From Lophium mytilinum (taxonomy: Eukaryota), in contig MU004181.1 of assembly GCA_010093605.1 (NCBI GenBank), positions 2,852,001 to 2,916,000 of the forward strand: DNA of 64,000 nucleotides, written 5' to 3'. The notes under the pieces were generated by a model. It worked only from the letters and a program-made list of their open reading frames with translations. It did not search any database and was not told the DNA's origin. The position numbers and the translations under genes were made by a program. Positions 24,428-35,359 of the stretch are shown here, in pieces. Every line of letters starts with the position of its first letter. Positions within the stretch are counted from its first letter, which is position 1.

Positions 24428-25329
24428 CTTGGCGGATTGATGCGGGTATGCGCCTTTGCGATGGGAAACTTTGCTGTCAGTGTGCAGTAAGGAAGTCGGG
24501 AAGTGCTCGAGGAAGTTGTTTGTTCGTTGTTTCGAGCGGGGAGGGAAGAGATTTGGCGCTGACACCTGTGACCGGGCCCAGCTGATATGTCGGCAGGCAG
24601 GCGTGTTATATTGGCCGCAGCATTCCTTAGCAAGATTAAAAATGGCCGGTCCTACGCCACCGTCAGCAATCACCGGGGGGGCATGCATGAGGTGTGCATT
24701 AGACGGATTTCAACAGAATTACGCTAGTATCTGCACGGCGGTCAGCTAGGCTCGGAGGGGTAAGAGGTGTGCCGATTTTAGTAGTAACACTAACAAATTA
24801 GCATAGGGGGCTACCCTAGCCGCTATTAACGCGTAATTTTTATAAAAATTAGATTTTAATTTCTACCTATTTAAGGCCTCTATATATAGCTTAGGCTACC
24901 TAGCTTAGTATTATAGATTATAAGATTATAGGTAATTAGCATAGAGCCTCTAATAATATAGATTAGACGTTATTTTAGTATAATAAGGTAAGAATTTTAT
25001 CTACTAGCTATTAGCACCTATATCTTATTTAATTTTAATTATTTAAATATATTAAAATATAGAAAATTATTATAATTCTTATATTACTACTCTTATAGCC
25101 CTTCTAGGTAGTATTATAGCTACTACGGCCGCTGCTATTAATATTAGTAAGCTTGCAGAGCTATTAGATAAGAAAGAATATACCCTTACTAATAATAAGG
25201 CCGCTAAGATAGATAAAATAAAGGCTAAAGAGGAAGTTAATAAGGTTCTAGATAGCTTTATTTCTTAACTACGCAATCTACTACTATATAATTAGGTTAA
25301 CTTTATATACTAGTTTAATAATAAGCTTA

Positions 25330-26270
25330 CTAATAAGCGCGCACGCTTTAAGATGCGCTTTAACTATAAGAAAATTAGATAGTTAGCCGTACTTCTCTAG
25401 CTTAATAAGATTAAGTACACTTATAGGTATTATTCTTATCTAATTCTCTTACTCTATATACTTTTTTAGCGCCTCTTAATACTACGCTACTTTAGTAATA
25501 TACTAGTAGTATTTAGATATAGCCGCTTATAGCTTTATACTATATTTAGAGATACTATTATCTTTCTTATAGATTAGTAGTAGCAGTAGCTATACTAAAA
25601 TAGGCAGTAGCTTATATATAAGAAGCTAGAGGAGTATATAATAGCTATAGAACCTTACCTAGGTATTAGTAAAGTCTAGAGCTATATAGATAGAACTACT
25701 CGCCTAATTATATAGCTAAAGAACTTCTAGATCTAGTAGATAATATACTCTAGGTATAAAAAGTACTGCTATCTTAAGTTCTAGTCTATTATTACTTCTA
25801 ATAGCATAATCTAGTCTCTTACTAGGCCATTTCTAGGTAGTACCGGTAACTTTATAATAATAGAGGAGTCTAAGCTATCCGCAAAGCTAGTAGAGCTATA
25901 TAGTAACCTCCCGCTAGAGAAAGTTTAGTATCTTTATAGTAATTCTATATATATTAATAAATAGGGTATAATTAGTGCCTTTAAAGGGAGGCTAGAGAAA
26001 TATATAGCTTAGCGCCCTAATTAATATTAGTATAATAGAGAGATAGTAAGCCTATATATAGCTATTAAGCACGGCTTTAGTTTAGTATTAAAATACTAGA
26101 GTTTTAGTTTATTTAGGTTAGTAATAAGAATAGAATTATTACCTATAGAAAGCTATTATATTATTACTATACTACTAATAAATTATTTAAGCTATTTCTA
26201 GAGTAATTAGATAGCAGATATATATAATATAGGCACGCCTAATATTAAAAAGTACCTAGGCATTAAGGAG
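25330..26270 (+). pseudogene. RIP-inactivated DDE_Tnp_4 (Harbinger/IS5-like) transposase
   Basis: One frame reads V*SYIDRTTRLII*L (25674; ancestral WG.IDGT.RPI.RP), YSRYKKYCYLKF*SIITSNSI (25746; YSGHK.H.LKFQS...PDG), LYSNSIY (25932; LYGDS.Y) and NREIVSLYIAIKHGFS (26034; N..M...R..VE.GFG). Differences from the ancestral motifs are mostly C>T/G>A. Confidence 0.82.
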
Positions 26271-26327
26271 GGTGTATAGAAGTATAGAATTAAGGTTATA
26301 GTAGGCTAAATTATAGTATTACTATAC

Positions 26328-26367
26328 TTATGCAGCCTTTCTATTTTATGCAGCCTTTCTATTTTAT
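26328..26367. repeat. 18-bp tandem repeat x2 inside the transposon
   Basis: TTATGCAGCCTTTCTATT twice in perfect tandem. Confidence 0.8.
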
Positions 26368-27950
26368 TACTAGCGTATAAACTAATATTACTACTACCTA
26401 TTATATAAGAAATTAGCTAATTAGACGCATTTATTTAGGTTAGCTTCCGCTAGCTTATAAAATAAGTAAGGAAAATTAAAACTCTATAGATAATATTAAT
26501 TTTATATCTACCTACTTTATATATATAAAACTAATACTAAAAGTCTATTAATTTATTTAAAAATAACTAGAAAATATAGCTAATAGTTACTACTATAATT
26601 TATACTACTTACTTTCTACCTATAAGTAATAGCGTCTAAAATATATTAGTTATAAAAAGCAGAGCTAAAAAAATAGAAGTCTCTAGAGGTATTAGGCCCT
26701 AAATTAAGGCTAGCTAGGCTAGCCACCTCTATAGGGCTATATTTCTCTACTAATAATGCCCTCTTATTCTCTCCTCTATTAATAATACTCTTCTTTCTTT
26801 CTCTATTATTATTAATTGCACGTTCTATATTACTAGTAACCTTACTAAGAGTTCTACTATGCTTAGCGCCCTTAGTTACCTTAGTTTAAACGTAAGACGG
26901 CCGCTTAGAGTCTCTCTATATCTTTTCTATATTAGTAATTACCCTCTTATAGTATAGTTAATTAGTAGTATAGTAAAACGCCTATAGCTTCTTATAGTTA
27001 CTTACTATTTAAGTAGAATCTATTATAGCCTAAATAGAAATTACTAGGCCCTATATAAAGGCCTTAAATAACTCTCTCTATTCTACTATTATCCTCTTAA
27101 TTTAAGCCTTAGCCTTAGCTATATAGCGCCTCTCTCTCTTATCTATATAAGTAATTTAACGCTTCTTAACCTCTTAACACATGCGGTATATAGCTATAAA
27201 CCCCCCGCAGCGTAGAGGTTCTCTACTAGACCTCTACTAAGACCGCGGCGCCTCCTCTAGTATATTAATATTATTAATTCCTCTCTTTATACTAATTAAG
27301 CGCGTAAGATTAATAATAATAGCCTACTGCTAGCTATTATAGGTTTATACCTTAGGCAGGCCTTAAAGCTTTTTTTTAATTATCTTATTTATATCTACCG
27401 CCTTTATAATAAAGATATTAAGCTACTATAGATACTTATTATCTCTCTATACTATTCTAGTCTTCTCTTTCTTACCCTTTTAGATAGTAATTCTCTTATT
27501 AATTTTATTCTTTAACTAATTATATCTATTATAGAAGTTATAGCCGCGCTCTATATAGCCTATAAGCTTATTTATTATTACTACTATTCTCTTTATATAT
27601 ACCTTAAGCTAACGCTTATAGGCCTAGTAGTAGTACTAGTTTAGTAGCTTAATAAAGTAGAGCTACTCGGCCGGCCTTAATTACTTACGTATCTCTAGAG
27701 AAACAACATTATAAAAGGGTAGAAAAACTATTAAGGTATTTTTATTCTTTACCTTAGGGTACTCTTAAGTCTATAGAATATTATCTATATTATTATCTAG
27801 CTTAATAAGCTCTAGCTATTTATTCGCGTTAATCTTATAGAGCGCGCGGTAAGGCTCTAGGGCCTATAGAGAAGCCTATAGAGGCTATAGAGGTATTACT
27901 AAAGGCTTAGAGTAAGAAATAATTAGATAGAAGAGTAGCAGCGCGTATTA

Positions 27951-28014
27951 TAGAACTGCGTATAGCTATAGAACTATATATAGCTATAGAACTCTATATA
28001 GCTATAAAACTCTA
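27951..28014. repeat. 18-bp tandem repeat x3.5 inside the transposon
   Basis: TAGAACTGCGTATAGCTA / TAGAACTATATATAGCTA / TAGAACTCTATATAGCTA / TAAAACTCTA. Confidence 0.85.
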
Positions 28015-30779
28015 GGCATAGTATTAAGAAGAGAGGAAATATTAGGCTAGTAAGAGAATATTATAATATAATAAAAATTAAGGTTTATATAGAGATTATA
28101 AGAATTTAAGGCAGAAGCTAATAATAGATTATAATAGGGTAATTTTACTACTAATAAAATAGTATATAGATCTTCCTTCTCTTAAATATTTAGTTAAGGG
28201 CTTTCTATAATATTTCTACGCCTTCTACTTTCTCTCCTCTCTCTATATTATTAGCCGGCCGTTTTTATTAAAAATAGTATTAAAAATATAAATCTTATTA
28301 TATATTTAACCTTCTATATAGCCTTAGGCCTCCTTTATAGCCTTATATATAGCCTTAGGCCTTAATTATAGTATAGGTAATTATAATATAAGAAAGTTAA
28401 GAATTCTTAGAAGAATCTATAGATTATTAGGGCTATAATAAGATAGAACGGGCTAGTAGCCTTATCTTAGCGGCGCCTTACTATATACGGCCTATATAAG
28501 CTGCCTTAATTAGAGACCTTATTTAAGGTCTCCGGGCATGCAGGCCTTACGCTAGGTATGCCGCTAACTAGGGGGCCCCCTACTAGTGGGCATTTTGTAA
28601 AAATTTGTAAATACTAAGCTAACTAGGGGCCTGCAGTAGCTTAAGCCTTATTACACTAATTTATGTGGCGAATTTCCTCCTACGGCCGTGCGATTCGTCT
28701 CTGAAATCCGTCTATTTGTTTCGTACTCAGCCACGTCATATTGCGACTGCTGATTGCGAAAGCGCCCAACTCTACACCTTACAGGCCATGTTTACAGCGT
28801 CTAGTCCCCTCAAATCTCCTGCTTGCTGTCCAGAGCACGCCTTTGCGTTGCTAATTTCTGTACACCGCGTTCCTCTAACATGCAATTGCTGCTTCCTGGT
28901 CCTCTGCTCTTAGTTATTGCTATTCTACAACTTCTTCATTCTACGCCGCTCGCTCGGAACACTTGTCTACCAATAGCGTCGCTCGCAGATATGCCCAGGC
29001 GCTGTCCAGTTGCGAGCCGTGGATGATGCTATCTTCAAGACGCTACCGGGTCCCTGACTTTCCGGTCGGGCTTCTCGCACACTAGGCCTTCACTCCACGT
29101 GACATGCCACCGGGCAAAGATCCATTTCGGGAGTGTGAATATCCTTTCTTACCACTCTAGTCGGAGGGATCGATCGTGAATCCGCGAATCTCCTTCACTC
29201 TACCCTTATTGCTGTCTTGAATTGAGGTTTCTGATATATTTGGAAGTTGACACGACACGTGACTATTCTCGTCTCGATCGAGTTGCAACTCCACCTCCGC
29301 TCTTCCTCCCCAAATTCAATAACGATTTTAGCTTCAAACATATCAGGCACCCTAAGAGGCTAGGATACTAGACGACATGAATCAATAGCAAAGACTTCTA
29401 GAACCTTACGCTAACGACTTATTAGTGTATATCCAACGCCGTGTCTGGTCCTTCCGCTGTCAGAATCTGGGCCTGTACCCAGCGAAAGGAGAGGGGAAAT
29501 GCAAAAATGCAATCCCCATCCATGCTGCCAGCGGGGATCGAACTCCAACTAAGAAAAAAAATGGCAAAACGTAGCCACCCTGCTACCACTGCGCTACTAC
29601 ACCGTAGAGTCGCAATATTTTACGGGATCGCTGAGTGGCTACGTTTCTCTGTTTGTTAATATGAAAGATGCTCAGAAATAATAGTTTTGTAAGGTATCAT
29701 CTAAGGTTGGACCCTGAAAATCTGAGATCATAACAAACACTCGCCATCACGTGTTGCCTGCGCCTTCCCTATCCTTCTAAATCCCTTTCGCCGTTCCAAC
29801 TCGCACTTCTCAATGTACAAGGATTTTACTTTGGCGAGCTGTACGTGAGACGTCTTGAATACTATGAAATACATCAGCTGTGGTCGGGCGCGAGGCTATA
29901 GATACCGTCGAGTTTGCTCTCGACGTATCGCTCGCCTTTTGGACCTCGGGGAGAAAAGGTTCGGTCGTCAAAATGGGGGACATTGGGGACATTAGTGCAG
30001 GGGGCCTCAAGTAAGAAAACGACATGGCAGACCCGATTTTACAGATTTCGGGTAGGTACGACTTCAGTCCGGAATCAAGTTCACCGCTAAAAACTCTATT
30101 GTTGAGGGCGCTATTTGGGTTCTTTTGCTTTTCTCCACAACATTTGGTTTCTTCGCAGATTACCTAGACCATAGAGTGACGGTAGGAACCAGTGGTGTAT
30201 CCGTGGGAACTCTTCTCCCACTGCTTATTATGCGTTCAATATCTCTAGGTGAATCTGTAATGATTGGTCGCATGTCTAGAACTGTGGAAAGTCGTCCAAT
30301 GCTGCTTGGGAGGGTCTCGTAAGTGTGGAAGTCGTTCCAAACAAAGATTTTTCATATAGACTCAGTTATGAGAGAGCACATAACTGGCGTCAAAGGAATA
30401 ATGGAGACGAAACGGGGTTGCAATCTTCAGTGAGTCTAAAAGGAGAGATCGCTTATCGACGGTCCTATAGATACGGCAGCCTTTCACGATATCATCATGA
30501 GTTAATCAGGTGGATATAATTGGCCGAGCTCCGAGTTACTTCGTCACCGCTTCACTTAACTACTCCTCACCTCACGCGGGCCGGGTGTCCACGATCTGGC
30601 TACCTCTCCTGAGCTTCCACAGGCTTGACAACCTCATTCTCTTTCCCTCTCTGTGCCACCGGCTTCGAAGCTCCGAAGCTCTAAACTTGCTCCAACTTCT
30701 AATGAGGTGGTCAAGGTGTCGAGCGAGAGCTAAGAGGGCTTGGAACAACTCCAGATCTCATGTTGTTAACGACCGTGCC

Positions 30780-33548
30780 ATGAACCAACAGCTCGAACTT
30801 CCTCCTCCATGTGAAGCCCAAGTCGACGAACCGTCAACCATGGGATCTGACAGAAACTGGATCTCGGAGCCTATTCGACTCCCTGCCGCCACTCCGAAGC
30901 CCGAGCATATAGTGGATGTGTCCCCTGAATCCCTCGCTCGGTTCTACGACATTCTGAAAGGAAGCTTCCTCACCCTGCTTGCGGACCTCGACCTTGACCT
31001 CGAGCCATCACAAAAGGAGGAAATTGCGGATCGCTTGCTGGCCTGGCCTCCTTCAGATTCCGGAGAGACGATCATATACGACGAGGCCAATGGAAGTGCG
31101 ATTAACTCAATAATGAAGAAGACGTGGCATACTGCGCTCACAAGATGCAGCAAGTGGGTTGGAGGATATCCCATTGAGAGCTTCGTCCCTGAGGTCATAC
31201 CGGCTGAGGAAGATAACAAGACTTCCGTCTCATGGAGCTTTCCTGGGAAGAGGTATGGTTTCCTTACCTCCTTTTCAATCATCTTGCTAATAAAAGGCCT
31301 ATTTAGCTTGCTCAAAGTCAGACAAGGTCAACTGGAACTACTAGATTCTTCGATCGAACTTACATTCAAGAACTTCGAGACATCAAACTCAAGCCTGACC
31401 CTTTGCAAATGGGAGAAAGTCGATTTGAGGAATGTTTCTTTCACGGATTGCAAATTCGAGAACACCCGCTTTTGCAACGTTCACCTTGCCGATGTGGCGT
31501 TCGTCAAAGTCAACTTCTCGAACTGCACGCTTGAAAACATCCACATGGCATACACTACAGTCGAGGATGCTCTCATTGAAGATTCAAAATTTCGCGGTCT
31601 ATCATGGCACCACAATACACTTAAGGACGTCGAGTTCTTCAATGTTGAACATGAGCATGTCATGTGGGCAGACATGCAGTTCAGTAAGACTGTGTTTCGG
31701 AATATCCAGGCCTCCAAGACATGCCTTTCCAATGCAAACCTACTCGATCAGTTTGTTGGACCCGCCCATGGACCCAGGGAGGATCTCGCGTCTTATTCTC
31801 AGGAGAAGACTGCGGAAGACACATCATCAGTATCGAGTTACCTTTCGGCGTTAGAAGAATCTCCGGAGAAGTCATGTCTTTCCGGGGAGCCGTCAAACGC
31901 CCCTACGCTTCCGCATGCTATCCCAGAGGCTAAAAGGCCAATGCCACTGATTGCAAAAAACATACCTAAAGACGAATCTAGCGCTTCGAGTGCTTTGCAC
32001 ACTGGTGAAGACTCCAATCCAAAGGTGGCAACTAGAACTTCATCGTCTAAGGAAAAAGAAAAATCACATCCTCTGGTTCCGAGCCTGCCCATCTCTGTTA
32101 TAAATGCAAAACTCCCGACAGAGAAGACGGTCTCCAAAAATATAGGTTATCCCAACATCTACGGCGAGGAAGCGTTTCTTGGAATATGGGCCCGAGGAAT
32201 TACAGTGGTGAAAGACAAGAAAATCATATTCACCAATCATGAGATCAAAGACCTACAGGGAATCTTAGAAGAGCTTTGGCGGGCTAGGGTGTTCCGGACG
32301 AAGAGCACGTGGCGCGTTAGTTTCAGGGACTCCGTCGGAGTCTCACGAACGGAAACGCTGTTGAAAGCGAAGGAGGCACTGGGACGATCATCGATCCAGG
32401 TCGCTGATTTAGAACGTTTGATGTCTGCGAAAGATAAGTTCTGGATGTTAGACGATGTTTCGCACAACTGGAGTACGTTGAAAGATCCAGGGATTCGTCA
32501 TGATGGCGAGTACCCCAAACACGCTTATATTCATACAAATTATGGGGAACTGCGAAAGCAGGTTTACTCATATCTCATACCAACCGGCAAACTACTCGTC
32601 GGAGACTACGTTCAAAATTTGAACGTCACAACCTCGTCGATCCGAACGCACTACTTGCTTGAATTTGAGGGTGTTCAACCACCAATTCCCTCTGTAGCTA
32701 CAACGTACTTTGTCCGTTCGGACGAATTCAATCTCAGAGACATAGATCTAGGCATAGCTGGAGTCACGAAGAAGCTGAATACCGAGGTTTCTATGAAGCT
32801 CTACGAGAGACAGATTCAGTTCAACGGAAGTCCCAAGAGTGCTCTCGCATTTCTCCATGACCGAACTCGGCATTTAGAATGCCTCACCAACGTCAGCCTA
32901 CGATTTCTTTGCGGGTCCACAAAGGCTGTCCAGCTACCCCATCCAGCTCCCGCAGGAGCAATCATCCCCCCAACCAACATCGTTTGCTGGCGGAAGATGC
33001 TGAATGTACTGGTGCACTATTGCCCGAATATAAAGAACGTTGAACTCTCCATCGATAGCAGCTTTTGGGACTCCGAGCCCTGGACCAAAAGCGTACACAC
33101 GATCTACGAAAGTCCATTCGGAAAGTCACCGTTTTTATACCAGGCAAGAGCCAACTATGGAGACGGTAGATGGGAATACAGTAAAAGCTTCCTGGAGCTT
33201 ATTGCTCGTTTCCACAAGGCGCACTTCAAACTGTCCATTGATGAGCCTGCCGGAGATCTGGAAGAAAAGAAGGCCAAGGCCGAATACGGTGCTTCATGGC
33301 GTCTTCATTACCCGCCATGCAAAGGATATGTATCGGCATTTCCAGAGCGTAGCCGCGAGTTTCGAGAGAAGTTGGAGAAGCATATGATGAAGAAAATGGA
33401 AGACCGTCCGGCTTACAACCAATTCCGTCTCTGCGACTGCGATTGGAAGAAATTTACTGATGGGAAGCCCATGCTTGGAACCAGTTGCATTTACACCTGG
33501 AAAGGTGGAGAGGTCATGAAGAAGAAGGCCAAAGACTTGTGGGTATGA
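30780..33548 (+). CDS. Pentapeptide-repeat protein with a C-terminal F-box-like domain (~900 aa)
   Basis: Long ORF. About 20 pentapeptide units (VDLRN VSFTD CKFEN TRFCN VHLAD VAFVK VNFSN CTLEN...) at ~31410-31745; YGELRKQVYSYLIP and KKLNTEVSMKLYER in the C-half; probable in-frame intron 31253..31306. Confidence 0.8.
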   Translation: MNQQLELPPPCEAQVDEPSTMGSDRNWISEPIRLPAATPKPEHIVDVSPESLARFYDILKGSFLTLLADLDLDLEPSQKEEIADRLLAWPPSDSGETIIYDEANGSAINSIMKKTWHTALTRCSKWVGGYPIESFVPEVIPAEEDNKTSVSWSFPGKRYGFLTSFSIILLIKGLFSLLKVRQGQLELLDSSIELTFKNFETSNSSLTLCKWEKVDLRNVSFTDCKFENTRFCNVHLADVAFVKVNFSNCTLENIHMAYTTVEDALIEDSKFRGLSWHHNTLKDVEFFNVEHEHVMWADMQFSKTVFRNIQASKTCLSNANLLDQFVGPAHGPREDLASYSQEKTAEDTSSVSSYLSALEESPEKSCLSGEPSNAPTLPHAIPEAKRPMPLIAKNIPKDESSASSALHTGEDSNPKVATRTSSSKEKEKSHPLVPSLPISVINAKLPTEKTVSKNIGYPNIYGEEAFLGIWARGITVVKDKKIIFTNHEIKDLQGILEELWRARVFRTKSTWRVSFRDSVGVSRTETLLKAKEALGRSSIQVADLERLMSAKDKFWMLDDVSHNWSTLKDPGIRHDGEYPKHAYIHTNYGELRKQVYSYLIPTGKLLVGDYVQNLNVTTSSIRTHYLLEFEGVQPPIPSVATTYFVRSDEFNLRDIDLGIAGVTKKLNTEVSMKLYERQIQFNGSPKSALAFLHDRTRHLECLTNVSLRFLCGSTKAVQLPHPAPAGAIIPPTNIVCWRKMLNVLVHYCPNIKNVELSIDSSFWDSEPWTKSVHTIYESPFGKSPFLYQARANYGDGRWEYSKSFLELIARFHKAHFKLSIDEPAGDLEEKKAKAEYGASWRLHYPPCKGYVSAFPERSREFREKLEKHMMKKMEDRPAYNQFRLCDCDWKKFTDGKPMLGTSCIYTWKGGEVMKKKAKDLWV

Positions 33549-34806
33549 TGAGCATCGCGAAAATCGCGACGAAGAGAGCGATTTGCAGAAATATATGACG
33601 GTTCCCTAATTTCCTAGTGAAGTTCCATGGCATAGAACTGTGGATCTGAACGGATTCCGGGAATTTTTCTAGGTTGAAAGTTGCATCGCCATCTGCCTGA
33701 GGTGGTCCGGCAACTTTCTGTGATGTCCAGGATGAAGCAATTGCTTCTTGCTCGTGCGTCTGAGAACGCCCTGAAGTCTCTCAGGCAAGAAATCGCGATA
33801 CGGCAAGGTATAGTGGCCTCGTACGGCAAAACCCGGTTCTTAGATGTTGCTCACTACTTGCATTTGAGGTCACTTAGAAGACATCCCAATCCAAAAGTCG
33901 CCTCACTCAAGATGAAGGTACCATTCAATACACAGGTCTTCTCTCATTTGAATCCTCTCCGCCTTTCTGCATGTGATGACTTCGACCAAGTCCATGTAAA
34001 TCTGTCACGCAGCGGCCACAATAGGTCCGCAGATATTCCTTATGAAAGTGTATATTCGTTTAATCTCAAAGACTAAGCAACATCTGATATATGGCTTGGA
34101 GATGTATTTACGTTCCAAATAATACGATTTACACAGCTCGTGTTGCACCGAGTCTACCCCAGCCTCTCGCAACGATCCAGCTGACCTCGCGTCTTAGCTG
34201 ACCATTTCAGCTCTAGGCAACATCGCTCCCTTGAATCCCTTTAGGACTCCGTCAAACATTCACCGCATCCCCGAACAAAATGCACTCCAAACCCGCCAGC
34301 TTATTTCCTAAGCTCTCCAAGTTCTAATCCTAAGCCTAGCATGAGCAACACCAGTTCTTCTACGGCATCAAACACATACGCCTTCTCCCTCTTCCCTTTC
34401 TGCGTCTCGCTCCTAAACGCATCAAGCGATCACGGCATTTGGCTCAGCGTGCCCTTCAGCATCACAAGACTCAATGACGCAGCGACCATGTGCCTGGAAT
34501 GCCGCTCTCTGCTAAAGAAACTAGGCGTCCAGTGCTGGGCCAAGAAGGAATTTGGTATTAGCTGGGTGAATCGCAGTGGTGAGTGGTGTATGGCGAGGTT
34601 GGAGTGATGGTGATTTGGACGGCTCGGTCTGTAAAAACGCTTTCGATGAAGATTGATGGAGCGCGCAATTGAGAGCATCTAGCGGTGATCGTAGCTGCTG
34701 ATGGTGATTCGAGAGTACTCCGGGTTGCAGTCGGAAACGAAGACGGGAGCCTGCCAGCCGTTCTGTGTTATGGGATGATATCCAGCACCGGAATCATGAC
34801 TCTTCA

Positions 34807-35359
34807 TCACCCTAAAGCGAACATCGCGACCGCGACTGCCACGAGCAGCGCCATAGACTGTCCGGGCGCAGCATCCAACATGTGCATCACCCGAGACCCT
34901 TGGGAAACGGAGACAGGATGCTGGAGTTGGCTGAACCACCACCACCTAGGCTCCAGGACGGCGGAGTTTTGGGAAATCGCTCTGGTTCTGATGTCAGTAG
35001 CGAACCTGCGAACTTCTCGGCGGTCTACGTACAGTTCGGGAGAAGTCGTAGATAATGCTGTGGTGTTGAAGTCCAAGTCCTGGATCTCGACGATGTGGGC
35101 TGTTATCGAAACTTCGGAGGCATTTGGAGCAGAGATAGACAGAGGGACTTCTGCGCCCACATTGCTCTCATATGGGGAGACCCTGGTGGGTGTTAGACAA
35201 TAGCTCCTGGGATGAATGAACAATTGATGCGTACCTCGCGGCTATTGTGCGAATAATTAGATGTATGCCAGTCTCGTTGCCGCTGAAGCCATGCGCCGCA
35301 GCGGGCAGCAGCACCAGGCCACAAAGACATAGCAAAAGAAGAGAAGAAAAAGATTTCAT
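34807..35359 (-). CDS. Small secreted or surface protein (signal peptide, hydrophobic C-terminus), 2 exons
   Basis: MKSFSSLLLLCLCGLVLLPAAAH; intron 35183..35234 (GTACGC..CTAAC..CAG) joins in frame to ORF 34807..35223 ending MALLVAVAVAMFALG*; several N-x-S/T sites. Confidence 0.6.

Larger units (their letters stand above)
24781..28660. mobile_element. RIP-degenerated DNA transposon, PIF/Harbinger-like (boundaries approximate)
   Basis: Abrupt AT-rich block saturated with TpA and nearly devoid of CpA/TpG. It has no ORF in the track but carries a recognisable transposase relic. Confidence 0.88.

Noticed and set aside
27951..28014. Short direct repeats as a CRISPR-like array
   Set aside because: Head-to-tail repeats with no spacers, inside a RIP'd eukaryotic transposon.
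28700..30330. Possible decayed gene on the minus strand beside the transposon
   Set aside because: Only short interrupted frames with no recognisable motif or coherent exon chain.
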